NCBI GenBank assembly: GCA_035702745.1
Contig: DASSZS010000054.1
Coordinates: 9,656-73,655 of the forward strand
DNA from: Acidimicrobiales bacterium
Lineage (GTDB): Bacteria; Actinomycetota; Acidimicrobiia; Acidimicrobiales; RAAP-2
Reading direction: 5' to 3'
Length of the DNA stretch: 64,000 bases
Shown here: one piece after another, positions 28,038 through 36,900 of the stretch
How the letters are laid out: each line of letters starts with the position of its first letter
Numbering within the stretch: position 1 is the first letter of the stretch
Program-made: the position numbers and the translations under genes
Notes under the pieces: model-generated
The model's database searches: none
Told to the model about the DNA's origin: nothing
The model's input: the letters and a program-made list of their open reading frames with translations, nothing else

Positions 28038-29041
28038 CAGGCCCCGCTCCCGGCGAGGGTGGTCTCGGCCGCGGCGACGGCGGCCTTCTCGCGCGCGGAA
28101 CGGCGCGTCACCCGGTCGCGGACGAAGACGACGATCCCCTGGGGCATGAAGAGGATGACGAGCAAGAAGAGCGCCCCGAAGAGGATCAGGTAGAGCGAGC
28201 TGTTGGAGAACGAGAGAGTGAGCCACTGCTGGAACGACTCGAGGATGAGCGCACCGAGCAGTGGCCCGAACAGCGTGCCGAGGCCCCCGAGGAAGGCCAT
28301 GAGGGCGATCGACACGTCAAAGAGCGGGTCGAAGACGAACTGGGGGAAGATCTGGCCGACGAACATCGCGTAGAGCGCTCCCGCCATGCCGATCGTGAAC
28401 TGCGCGAGGGCGAAGCCGGTCAGTTTCACCGCGGTGGTGTGCACGCCGAGACCGAGCGCCCGGTCCTCGTCGTCACGAATCGCCAGCATCTGTAAACCGA
28501 AGCGCGAGCGGCGCACGATGGCCGAGAGGACCGTCGCGAAGATCACCAGACCGAGGGCCACGTAGTAGAAGGGCACGTTGTAGTAGCTCTCGTTCCAACT
28601 GATGAACGGCAGGATGAGCCCCGACGTGCTCCCGGTGAAGCCGACGTTGATGGCGGTCAGCTGGAAGACGAAGAAGATCGCGATGGTTATCACGACGAAT
28701 GTGTGGCGACGCACTCGCAGGGCGATGGCCCCGATCGGCAGCGCCACGAGGGTAGCGAGGAGACCGCCGAGGGGGGCCAGCCAGAACATCGAGGCGCCCG
28801 GGGCCATATTCGCGTGGATCGACACCAGAGCCATGGTGTAGGCGCCCACCCCGTACGAGACAGCCGAGCCCAGCGCGATGTAGCCCGTGTAGCCCGAGAA
28901 CATGTTCCACGAGGTCGCACAGGCCATATAGATGAGGGTGAAGACGCCGATGGTGGTGTAGGCCGGGTTCGTCACCACCACCGGGAAGAGGGCGAGGGCG
29001 ACGAGCCCGAGCGCCCACGCGGCGCGCGACCAGTGGCGCAT
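28037..29041 (-). CDS. livM: Liv/HAAT-type ABC permease
   Basis: SWNMFSGYTG, AIRDDEDRA, LGGLGTLFGPLLGA. Confidence 0.9.
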   Translation of the reverse strand: MRHWSRAAWALGLVALALFPVVVTNPAYTTIGVFTLIYMACATSWNMFSGYTGYIALGSAVSYGVGAYTMALVSIHANMAPGASMFWLAPLGGLLATLVALPIGAIALRVRRHTFVVITIAIFFVFQLTAINVGFTGSTSGLILPFISWNESYYNVPFYYVALGLVIFATVLSAIVRRSRFGLQMLAIRDDEDRALGLGVHTTAVKLTGFALAQFTIGMAGALYAMFVGQIFPQFVFDPLFDVSIALMAFLGGLGTLFGPLLGALILESFQQWLTLSFSNSSLYLILFGALFLLVILFMPQGIVVFVRDRVTRRSAREKAAVAAAETTLAGSGA

Positions 29042-29925
29042 CAGGCCGTCCTCGCCAGTTGCTTGCCGAAGAGCCCCTGGGGGCGAAGGGACAGGACGAT
29101 GACGAGCACGATGAAGAAGGTCATGGTCGACCAGATTGGCGACCAGACCACCCCGACCACGTCCTCGAGCATCACCATCCCGATCGAGGCGACGAGAGCC
29201 CCGCCAAGGCTCCCCATCCCGCCCAGCACGATGATGGTGAGCAGGCGCGAGATCAAGTCGTAGCTCGAGCTGGCGTTGAACGCGTTCGTGGCGCCGAACA
29301 CCATGCCGCCCGCCGCCGTCACCGCGGTCCCGATGCCGAAACAGATCGTGGCGACCCTCTTCACGTTGATGCCAATGAGGGCCGCCGCCGTCTGGTCGGC
29401 CAGGGACGCACGCACGCTCGCGCCGAACCGGGTTCGATACAGCAGGACCCACAGGGCCGTGAGCAGCACCACGGCCAGGATGAAGCCGAAGACGTAGATG
29501 TAGGCGAAGTACACGCCGAAGAGCTTGAACGATTGGTTCACGTACCACGCGCTGATCTGGACGTCGTTCACCGAGAAGATCATGTTGAGTGAGCCCTCGA
29601 TGAGCAACGAGACTGCGTAGGTCACCAGGATCGACATCGCGGTCTTCTCGGGCCCTTTCAGCCGGGCCATGAAGCCCCTCTCCACCACGATCCCCACCAC
29701 GAAGAGGGTGGGGATCGTGATGAAGAGACCGACGAAGGGATCGATTCCCCAGTGCAGCTGGATCGCGTAACTCAGGTAGGCGCCCAGCACCACGAAGATG
29801 CCCTGGGCGATGTTGATGATGTCCATCACCCCGAAGATCAACGTGAGACCCGTCGCCATGAGGGCGTAGACCGACCCGGTCAGCACCCCGTCGACGATCG
29901 CGTAGGTGAGCGCGCTACCCGACAT
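29041..29925 (-). CDS. livH: Liv/HAAT-type ABC permease
   Basis: YALMATGLTLIFGVMDIINIAQG, RTRFGASVRA, IVLGGMGS, RPQGLFG. Confidence 0.9.
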   Translation of the reverse strand: MSGSALTYAIVDGVLTGSVYALMATGLTLIFGVMDIINIAQGIFVVLGAYLSYAIQLHWGIDPFVGLFITIPTLFVVGIVVERGFMARLKGPEKTAMSILVTYAVSLLIEGSLNMIFSVNDVQISAWYVNQSFKLFGVYFAYIYVFGFILAVVLLTALWVLLYRTRFGASVRASLADQTAAALIGINVKRVATICFGIGTAVTAAGGMVFGATNAFNASSSYDLISRLLTIIVLGGMGSLGGALVASIGMVMLEDVVGVVWSPIWSTMTFFIVLVIVLSLRPQGLFGKQLARTA

Positions 29926-29928
29926 CGA

Positions 29929-31179
29929 TCAGCTCTTCCAGGCCGGCTTGGGGTACAGGACCTTCACCGAGTTGGGGTCACCCACCGGGTTGACCTGGAC
30001 GAACTTCGTGCCCTGCCACTGGAAGGTGAAGGCGGTCGGGTCGACATTCTCACCAAGCTTGTTGAACTTCACCGGGCCCTGCACCGAGGACATGACCTTG
30101 CCTGAGTGCAGGTAGGCGATGATCTTGGCGTTGTTGAAGCCGTGGGTGGCCCGGACGGCCTGGGTGATCACCTCGCCCACCGAGTAGGCCTCGGCGACGT
30201 CGGAGTTGATGTCGGCCGGGGTGCCGCCGTACTGCTTGATGTAAGCCGCCACCATCGCCTTGCTGAGCGGGTTGGCCGAACCGCCGTACCACGCGTTGGG
30301 CACCATCATGCCGTTAGCGTTCTTCGCGCCCACGGCCGTCAAGAAGGCCGCGCCCTGGTCCGGTCCGCCGGTCGCGATGAAGGCCTTGGGGTTGTAGTGC
30401 GCCTGCTCGAAAGCCTGCATGAAGGCCGACACCGTGGGCACGTCGACCGAGCCGAGCACGACCACCTGGGCCTTGGCCGCGGCGACCTTGTCGGCGATCG
30501 AGGTGTAGTCGGTCACCTCGGCCGGGAAGACCGTGAAGCCAAGCGACTTGATCCCCGCCTTGGACATGATCTTCTGAGCGACCGGGAGCTGGGGCTCGGT
30601 GAAGGGGTCGTTCGAGGTGACGTAGTAGGCGGTCGTGGGACGTTGTCCCTTGGGCAGCGACGAGATCCACTTCGCGAAGGGCATGAGGTCGTTCGCCACC
30701 GGCAACGACACGTCGAAGACGTTGTTGAGGTGCGCCTGGAAGACCGACGGCGCGCCGCCCGCCCCCTCGACCATCGCGTACCCGAAACGCTCGGCCGTCT
30801 GGGCTGCCGGCACGGTGAGCAGTGACGAGAAGGGGCCGAACACCAACTGGACGTGGTCCTGGCTGATGAGGTCCTGGTAGTTCGTCACCACCTGGGTCGG
30901 ACTCGACGCGTCGGACTTGATGATGAGGTTGATCTTGTGGCCGAGCAGACCGCCGTGGGCGTTCTGCTCCTTCGCCCACAGCTCGTAGCCGCGCTGGAAC
31001 GCCTGGCCGTCGGCCGAGAAGTCGCCCGAGAGCGACAACGAGATGCCGATGTTGACCGGTGCGCCCTTGGCGAGGCCTCCCGAGCTCGCGCCGGCCGTGG
31101 AGGCCGCCGCCATCGCGATGAGTGATGCCGCGGCGACCGTGGTCGCCGCCAGCACCCTCACGGTGCTCATTCTCTTCAT
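29929..31179 (-). CDS. Liv-type (PBP1) ABC substrate-binding protein, no lipobox
   Basis: IGISLSLSGDFS, NAHGGLLG, SDASSP, VFGPFSS. The signal peptide ends in AGA with no Cys. Confidence 0.88.
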   Translation of the reverse strand: MKRMSTVRVLAATTVAAASLIAMAAASTAGASSGGLAKGAPVNIGISLSLSGDFSADGQAFQRGYELWAKEQNAHGGLLGHKINLIIKSDASSPTQVVTNYQDLISQDHVQLVFGPFSSLLTVPAAQTAERFGYAMVEGAGGAPSVFQAHLNNVFDVSLPVANDLMPFAKWISSLPKGQRPTTAYYVTSNDPFTEPQLPVAQKIMSKAGIKSLGFTVFPAEVTDYTSIADKVAAAKAQVVVLGSVDVPTVSAFMQAFEQAHYNPKAFIATGGPDQGAAFLTAVGAKNANGMMVPNAWYGGSANPLSKAMVAAYIKQYGGTPADINSDVAEAYSVGEVITQAVRATHGFNNAKIIAYLHSGKVMSSVQGPVKFNKLGENVDPTAFTFQWQGTKFVQVNPVGDPNSVKVLYPKPAWKS

Positions 31180-31281
31180 TGATTCCCCCCGAATCAATCT
31201 GTGTGACGACGTCGGTGGCTCCCCACTTTGCGGTCCACCCGCGTCGTTCGCCGGGACGGCGATGGGGTAACGCTAACGACG

Positions 31282-31311
31282 GCCCTCGGGCTAATCAAGG
31301 CGCCCGAGGGC
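31282..31311. promoter_or_regulatory. 10-N10-10 inverted repeat in the divergent promoter region of the catabolic island
   Basis: GCCCTCGGGC-TAATCAAGGC-GCCCGAGGGC. Confidence 0.5.
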
Positions 31312-31320
31312 TCTCAGCCG

Positions 31321-31333
31321 TGAAAAGATTTCA
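31321..31333. promoter_or_regulatory. AT-rich palindrome TGAAA-N3-TTTCA, candidate operator
   Basis: Perfect 5-3-5 inverted repeat that is AT-rich in a very GC-rich background. It lies between the two divergent -10 elements (TAGCGT on the minus strand, TACCAT on the plus strand). Confidence 0.5.
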
Positions 31334-31404
31334 AACGCGCGGCCCTTCTCCTGCCCTCGAGGACGGCGTTACCATCTCCAGCCATCCGGGCCGGTGGGGG
31401 GACT

Positions 31405-32505
31405 GTGACCGACGCGCTTCTGGAGACCGCCATTGCCAACTGGCAGCCCCGCTTCGTGGCGAACGGGGTCGACGCAAGTGACTATGTGCACATAGCGGCG
31501 CGACTCGAGCGCTGGGAGGACTGGTGCGCCGCGTGGTGTGAGGCCGGCGCCGAGCACGAGTCACTCGGGGTCGCCGCCCGCGCTGCGGGGAACTCACGCA
31601 GCGCCGGCGAACACCTCGCTCGCGCCGCCGTCTACTTCCACTTCGCGAAGTTCCTGTTCGTCCACGACCTCGACCAGGCCCGCGCCGCCCACGTCCGCGC
31701 CGTCGCCTCCCTGAGCGACGCCGCAGCCCATCTCGCACCCCCCGCGGCCCGACTCGAGATCCCCTTCGAGGGAACACGGCTCGTCGCTGTTTTGCGCACT
31801 CCCGACTCGGCGACGCCCCAGCCGACGGTCGTCCTGATCCCGGGGCTCGACTCGGCGAAAGAGGAGTTCCGCGAGGTCGAGCGGGCCTTCCTAGAGCGAG
31901 GCCTGGCCACCGTGTCGCTCGAGGGTCCGGGCCAGGGCGAGGTCGAGTGGGACCTGCCGATCCGTCCGGACTGGGAGGTCGTGGGCGAGGCCGCGCTGGG
32001 CTTCCTGCGGAGCCGGCCCGAGGTCGATCCGAACCGGATCGGCCTCTGGGGCGTATCCCTCGGGGGCTACTACGCCGCGCGGATTGCGGCGGCCGACCTC
32101 GGGGTGCGCGCCACGGTGGCCCTCTCGGGGCCCTACGACTTCGCGGCCGCCTGGGAGTCGCTCAACCCCCTCACCCGGCGGGCCTTCGTCGTGCGCTCCC
32201 ACAGTGCCGACGAGGCCGAGGCGACGCGACGAGCCGCGGAGCTCACCCTGGCCGGTCGCGCGGCGTCGATCACGGGTCCTCTCCTGGTCATCCAGGGCCG
32301 ACGGGATCGGCTCTTCTCGTGGCGCGAGGGCGAACGGCTCGTCGCCGAGGCGGCGGGTCCCGCGGAGTTGCTCGTCCTTGACGAGGGTAACCACGGTTGC
32401 GCGAACGTCACCTACCGACACCGGCCCTACGCTGCGGACTGGCTGGCTCGCCACCTGGGCGTGGAGCCTCGAACGACGTCTACCCCCGGAGACCCACATG
32501 CCTAA
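31405..32505 (+). CDS. Alpha/beta hydrolase, 2,6-dihydroxypseudooxynicotine (DHPON) hydrolase / FrsA / Ayg1 family
   Basis: PGLDSAKEE, LERGLAT-x2-EGPGQGE, GVSLGGYYA (Ser), QGRRD (Asp), GNHGCAN (His). These match the Arthrobacter DHPON hydrolase motifs as I recall them. Confidence 0.8.
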   Translation: MTDALLETAIANWQPRFVANGVDASDYVHIAARLERWEDWCAAWCEAGAEHESLGVAARAAGNSRSAGEHLARAAVYFHFAKFLFVHDLDQARAAHVRAVASLSDAAAHLAPPAARLEIPFEGTRLVAVLRTPDSATPQPTVVLIPGLDSAKEEFREVERAFLERGLATVSLEGPGQGEVEWDLPIRPDWEVVGEAALGFLRSRPEVDPNRIGLWGVSLGGYYAARIAAADLGVRATVALSGPYDFAAAWESLNPLTRRAFVVRSHSADEAEATRRAAELTLAGRAASITGPLLVIQGRRDRLFSWREGERLVAEAAGPAELLVLDEGNHGCANVTYRHRPYAADWLARHLGVEPRTTSTPGDPHA

Positions 32506-33844
32506 GGTCACGATGCCCCAGTTGGGAGAGACGGTGGCCGAGGGGACCGTCACCAAGTGGTTCAAGGCGGTCGGCGAGACGGTCGACAAGGGGGAGGCGC
32601 TCTTCGAGGTCTCCACGGACAAGGTCGACACCGAGATCCCCTCACCCGCCGGCGGAACCCTGACGGCCATCCTTGTCCCGGCCGGTCAGACCGTCGACGT
32701 CGGCACGACCCTCGGGCTCATCGACGAAGAACCCGAGGCCGTCACCGTTCGGGAGCAACCGGGCGCGCGAAACGACGCCGAGGCCCGCGCTGGCGATCCC
32801 CCCCTCCCCGACTCGACGAGGGGCCGTGGCGACGGCACCACCGCCGAGCGGCTCTCACCGGTGGTGCGCCGACTCCTCGCCGAGCACCACCTGGAACCGA
32901 GTGATGTCGTGGGGACGGGTCCGGCGGGGCGTATCACCCGCGAGGACGTCCTCGCCCACGTGGCGGCCCCCCTCGCGAGCACGCCGGCGACCGGCGAGGA
33001 CGCCGCCGTCTCACCGGTGGTGCGCCGACTCCTGCGCGAGCACGGTCTGAGCGTCGGCGACGTCGTCGGGACCGGCCCGGGTGGACGCGTCCAGCGTCGC
33101 GACGTGGAATCCGCTCTCACCAGGAGTTCGGGGTCGGACGAGGTCGTGCCGTTCTCGACGATTCGGCGCCTCACCGCCGAACACATGGTGCGCTCCAAGG
33201 CGACCTCAGCTCACACCCTGATGGTGCGCGAGATTGACTACGAGAACGTCGAGCGAGTCCGCCGGCGTCACGGGGCCTCATTCAAAGAGCGCGAGGGGTA
33301 CTCACTCACCTATCTGCCCTTTAACGCCGTGGCCGCGGTGCAGGCCCTCGGCGAGTTCCCACACCTCAACGCGTCCGTCGGCGACGACGCCCTCATCGTG
33401 CACGGGTCGGTCAATCTGGGCGTCGCGGTGGACCTCGACGGTCAGGGCCTGGTCGTACCCGTCGTGCGCGACGCGGCGGCTCTCTCTCTGGGCGAGATGG
33501 CGGCGCGCGTGCGCGCCCTCGCCACGGGCGCCCGCTCGAAGCGCCTCACCGTCGACGACATGTCCCACGGGACGTTCACGATCACCAACCCCGGCCCCTA
33601 CGGGACCCTGATGACCGGGGCGATCATCAACCAGCCCCAGGTGGCGATCCTCGCGACCGACGGGGTCTCACGACGGCCCGTCGTCGTCACCGGAGCTGAC
33701 GGCGAGGAGATGATCGCGATCCACTCGATCGGACTGGTCGCGCTGACCTTCGACCACCGGGTCATCGACGGGGCGTACGCCGCGCGGTTCCTCGCGCGCC
33801 TCGCCGATATCCTCGAGACCCGCGACTGGGCCCGCGAGCTCTGA
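32498..33844 (+). CDS. Dihydrolipoamide acyltransferase (E2) with one lipoyl domain and two E1/E3-binding domains
   Basis: MPQLGETVAEG, EVSTDKV (lipoyl Lys), two SPVVRRLL-x-EH...GTGP-x-GR domains, GTFTITNPG, TFDHRVIDGA. Confidence 0.92.
   Translation: MPKVTMPQLGETVAEGTVTKWFKAVGETVDKGEALFEVSTDKVDTEIPSPAGGTLTAILVPAGQTVDVGTTLGLIDEEPEAVTVREQPGARNDAEARAGDPPLPDSTRGRGDGTTAERLSPVVRRLLAEHHLEPSDVVGTGPAGRITREDVLAHVAAPLASTPATGEDAAVSPVVRRLLREHGLSVGDVVGTGPGGRVQRRDVESALTRSSGSDEVVPFSTIRRLTAEHMVRSKATSAHTLMVREIDYENVERVRRRHGASFKEREGYSLTYLPFNAVAAVQALGEFPHLNASVGDDALIVHGSVNLGVAVDLDGQGLVVPVVRDAAALSLGEMAARVRALATGARSKRLTVDDMSHGTFTITNPGPYGTLMTGAIINQPQVAILATDGVSRRPVVVTGADGEEMIAIHSIGLVALTFDHRVIDGAYAARFLARLADILETRDWAREL
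32853..33033 (+). repeat. Intragenic duplication of the E2 peripheral-subunit-binding domain
   Basis: An identical 25-mer, TCTCACCGGTGGTGCGCCGACTCCT, occurs at 32853-32877 and 33009-33033. Confidence 0.9.
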
Positions 33845-33847
33845 GCC

Positions 33848-34741
33848 ATGGTCGACCGGTTGCGCCTCGGCACCTTCACCCCGTCAGTCCTGCTCGAGGT
33901 GGCGCGCCGCAGCGGCTCGCTCGATCGGGCCGACCTCGAGGTCGACGAGGTCGCGGTCGCGTCGTCCCCGGCCCAGTTCCAGTCCCTGCTCGCCGGAGAC
34001 CTCGACGTGGTGCTCACCAGTCCCGACAACGTCCTGGCGTACCACTTCCTCTCGCGAAACCCGCTCGGTCAGCGCATTCCCCTCGTCGTGGAGGCCGCGA
34101 TCGACCGTGGACTGGGTCTGTCGCTCTGGGCCCGTGCGGGCCTCGGGGATCCGAGACCCGGGGCTCGCCTCGCCGTCGACGTGGCGACCTCGGGATTCGC
34201 GTTCGTCGGCTACGCCCTGCTCGCCCGGCGGGGCCTCGGCCTCGACGACGTCGAGGTGGTGGCCCTGGGGTCGACCCCCCGGCGCGCCGCGGCCCTCGCC
34301 GAGGGGGGGTGTGACCTCACGGTGCTGAACGCGGGCAACCAGTTCCCGGCGCGGGCCGCCGGTGCGACCCTCCTCGGTGAGGCGTGCGACCTCGGTCCGT
34401 ACCTAGGCACCGTCGTCGCGGGTCTCGCCTCACCGTCCGCCGATCGTCACCGCCTGGCCGACACCCTGGTCGAGGTGGCTCAGGCGATCGCTGAGGGTCG
34501 CCACGACGACACCGTGCGCGAGGCCGCCGCCGACCGACTGGGACTCAGCGGCCCCGACGCCTCGAGTTTCGCCGGACTGCTGCGCGATCCTGAGCGAGGA
34601 CTCGTGCCGTCGGGATGCGTCGACCGCCGCTCCATTCGCACCCTGATCGAGCTGAGGCGCGTGGCCGAACCGGACCCCGCCCTCGACGACGTCGAGGGCG
34701 GCCTCGCAGAGCTGGTGGCCCCCGGCCACCTCATCGACTAA
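33848..34741 (+). CDS. Type-II periplasmic-binding-protein-fold protein (NMT1/THI5/SsuA-like) without a signal peptide
   Basis: SSPAQFQSLLAGDLDVVLTSPDN, AVDVATSGFAF, LGSTPRRAAAL motifs. The N-terminus (MVDRLRLGTF) has no hydrophobic stretch. Confidence 0.75.
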   Translation: MVDRLRLGTFTPSVLLEVARRSGSLDRADLEVDEVAVASSPAQFQSLLAGDLDVVLTSPDNVLAYHFLSRNPLGQRIPLVVEAAIDRGLGLSLWARAGLGDPRPGARLAVDVATSGFAFVGYALLARRGLGLDDVEVVALGSTPRRAAALAEGGCDLTVLNAGNQFPARAAGATLLGEACDLGPYLGTVVAGLASPSADRHRLADTLVEVAQAIAEGRHDDTVREAAADRLGLSGPDASSFAGLLRDPERGLVPSGCVDRRSIRTLIELRRVAEPDPALDDVEGGLAELVAPGHLID

Positions 34742-34750
34742 GGAGACCCG

Positions 34751-36256
34751 ATGCGCGACACCCGTCTGAGCGACGACCTACTCGCGGCGCGACCGGTGTG
34801 GGGGTCGCTCATCGCTGGCCGGTTCCGAGACCACGCCGGGGCCGACCTGTTCAGCGTCCACGAGTCGGCGACGGGCGAGACCCTCGCCCACGTCGTCGCG
34901 GCGTCGGACACTGAGGTCGCCGAGGCGGTCGCGGACAGCCGGCGCGCCTACGACGAGACCTGGCGTCGACTCTCCCCCCGGGAACGCGCGGGCTACATGC
35001 GCGAGGTGGCCGCACGCTTCCGGGCCCACGCCGAGGAGCTCGGAGAGCTGTGCGCACGCGAGGTGGGCAAGCCCCGACGCGACGCCCTGCGGGTGGACGT
35101 GGTCTCGAGCCACACGAGCTTCGACTACTACGCCGGCATCGCCGACACGGTCCCGGGCCACATCGTGGACCAGGGCCCGATCGAGGCCCGGGTCACCTAC
35201 GAGCCCTACGGCGTCGTAGCGGCGATCCTCCCCTTCAACTGGCCCCCCATCCACTTCTCTAAGAAGTGCGCCCCGGCCCTCGCGGTCGGCAACACGGTGG
35301 TGCTCAAGCCCGGCGAGCAAGCGCCCCTGACCGTGCTGCGCCTCGCCGAGCTCGCCAACGAGGTCCTGCCCCCGGGCGTCATCAACGTCGTGAGTGGGAT
35401 CGGCGCGGGCCCGGCGCTGGTGGGCCACCCGCGCGTCGAGCGGATCTCCTTCACGGGCTCCACGCTGACCGGTCGTCGAGTGCTCGAGGCCGCCGCCAAG
35501 AACCTCACCTACGCGACGATGGAACTCGGCGGCAAGAACGCCCTGCTCGTGCTCGACGACGCCGACCTCGAGCAGGCCGTCACGGTGGCGATTGAAGGGA
35601 TGTTCTACAACCAGGGCGAGGCCTGCACCTCCACCTCGCGCATCGTGATCGAAGAGCCCCTCTACGACGAGTTCGCCCGACGCTTCGTCGAGGCCACGGC
35701 GCGCCTCGTGGTCGGTGACCCGCTGGACGGGGCCACCGACATCGGCCCCATGGTCGACGCCCGCCAACGCGATCGGGTGAACCACTACATCACGGTCGGT
35801 CTCGACGAGGGCGCCACGGTCCTCTACCGGGGCGACGTCCCCCACGAGCGTCCCCTCAGCGAGGGCTACTTCGTCACCCCGGTCGTCTTCGGCGACGTGA
35901 CGGCGTCGATGACGATCGCGCGCGACGAGATCTTCGGTCCGGTAGCGAGCCTCATGCGCGCGGCCGACGACGCGCAGGCCGTGGCCATCGCCAACGACTC
36001 CGACTATGGACTCACCGCGGCGATCTGCACCCGCGACGAATCCCGCGCCGCCCGGCTGGCCGAACGGCTCGAGGTGGGCATGGTCTTCGTGAACAACTAC
36101 ACCCGGCGGACCTACATCGGCTCACCCTTCGGCGGTGTGAAGGCCAGCGGCTTCGGGCGCGAGTACGCGCCCGAGACGTTGCACGAGTTCGTTCGCGCGA
36201 AGAACGTCCGGTTCCCCTCGGGCCGCGGACCGGTACCCGGCTGGCCGCCCCGATGA
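34751..36256 (+). CDS. Aldehyde dehydrogenase
   Basis: PFNWP, KPGEQAP, FTGST, ELGGKN, NQGEAC, EIFGPV, PFGGVKASG. Confidence 0.93.
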   Translation: MRDTRLSDDLLAARPVWGSLIAGRFRDHAGADLFSVHESATGETLAHVVAASDTEVAEAVADSRRAYDETWRRLSPRERAGYMREVAARFRAHAEELGELCAREVGKPRRDALRVDVVSSHTSFDYYAGIADTVPGHIVDQGPIEARVTYEPYGVVAAILPFNWPPIHFSKKCAPALAVGNTVVLKPGEQAPLTVLRLAELANEVLPPGVINVVSGIGAGPALVGHPRVERISFTGSTLTGRRVLEAAAKNLTYATMELGGKNALLVLDDADLEQAVTVAIEGMFYNQGEACTSTSRIVIEEPLYDEFARRFVEATARLVVGDPLDGATDIGPMVDARQRDRVNHYITVGLDEGATVLYRGDVPHERPLSEGYFVTPVVFGDVTASMTIARDEIFGPVASLMRAADDAQAVAIANDSDYGLTAAICTRDESRAARLAERLEVGMVFVNNYTRRTYIGSPFGGVKASGFGREYAPETLHEFVRAKNVRFPSGRGPVPGWPPR

Positions 36257-36262
36257 GGGGTA

Positions 36263-36288
36263 ATCGGCCCTCGGTAGTCTGGGCCGAT
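36263..36288. promoter_or_regulatory. Putative TetR autoregulatory operator ATCGGCCC-N10-GGGCCGAT
   Basis: 8-bp inverted repeat flanking the TAGTCT -10 and overlapping the tetR ATG. Confidence 0.6.
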
Positions 36289-36895
36289 GACGCGTGACCG
36301 CATCCTGGAGGCGGCGGCCCACGAGATCGAGCGCAACGGCCTGACCCAGTTCCGAGTCAAGCGCGTGGCCATGGAGGCCGGCATATCGGTCGCCCTGCTC
36401 TACAGCTACTTCAGCGATCGCGAGGACCTCATCGCCTCGGCGATCGTCCACCGGTTCCGGGCGGTTCTGCTGGACCTGGCCGAGACCTTCACCCGCCCGA
36501 TGCTCGATGTGCAGACCCCCGCGGAGCTACGCGCGGCCATCCGAACCGTGATCGTCGAGGCGCAGGTGCCCGCTCGTACCGAGGCCCGGATCCAGCGCAT
36601 CGAGTCGATGTCCTTCGCCCGCCACAACCCGACCGCCTCTCAGGGCATCGCCGAGGCGAAGAAGGAGACGGCTCAGTTCATCGTCGCCCGGGTCCAGCCC
36701 CTCGAGGAGAGGGGCCTCCTCGCCGAGGGGATGAGCGCGGTCGCCTTCGCGCGCATCTGGTACGCACTCTTCTTCGGTCAGATCGAGCTCGAGGGGGAGC
36801 ACGCGCTTTCGGTGGGTGACGAGGAGTGGCTGACGGCTCTCACCGTCCTCGCTGACGGAGCGATCCGGCGCGAGTCGAGCTCAACCCCTCGCTGA
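36287..36895 (+). CDS. TetR/AcrR-family regulator
   Basis: N-terminal HTH: RDRILEAA...VAMEAGISVALLYSYFSDREDL. Confidence 0.92.
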   Translation: MTRDRILEAAAHEIERNGLTQFRVKRVAMEAGISVALLYSYFSDREDLIASAIVHRFRAVLLDLAETFTRPMLDVQTPAELRAAIRTVIVEAQVPARTEARIQRIESMSFARHNPTASQGIAEAKKETAQFIVARVQPLEERGLLAEGMSAVAFARIWYALFFGQIELEGEHALSVGDEEWLTALTVLADGAIRRESSSTPR

Positions 36896-36900
36896 CCGCC

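Noticed and set aside
31180-31263. Leader of the Liv SBP has GGCGAAC...GGACCGCAAAG, loosely like a c-di-GMP-I riboswitch
   Set aside because: There is no GNRA-capped P2 stem, the spacing is wrong, and there is no receptor helix. An Infernal search would be decisive.
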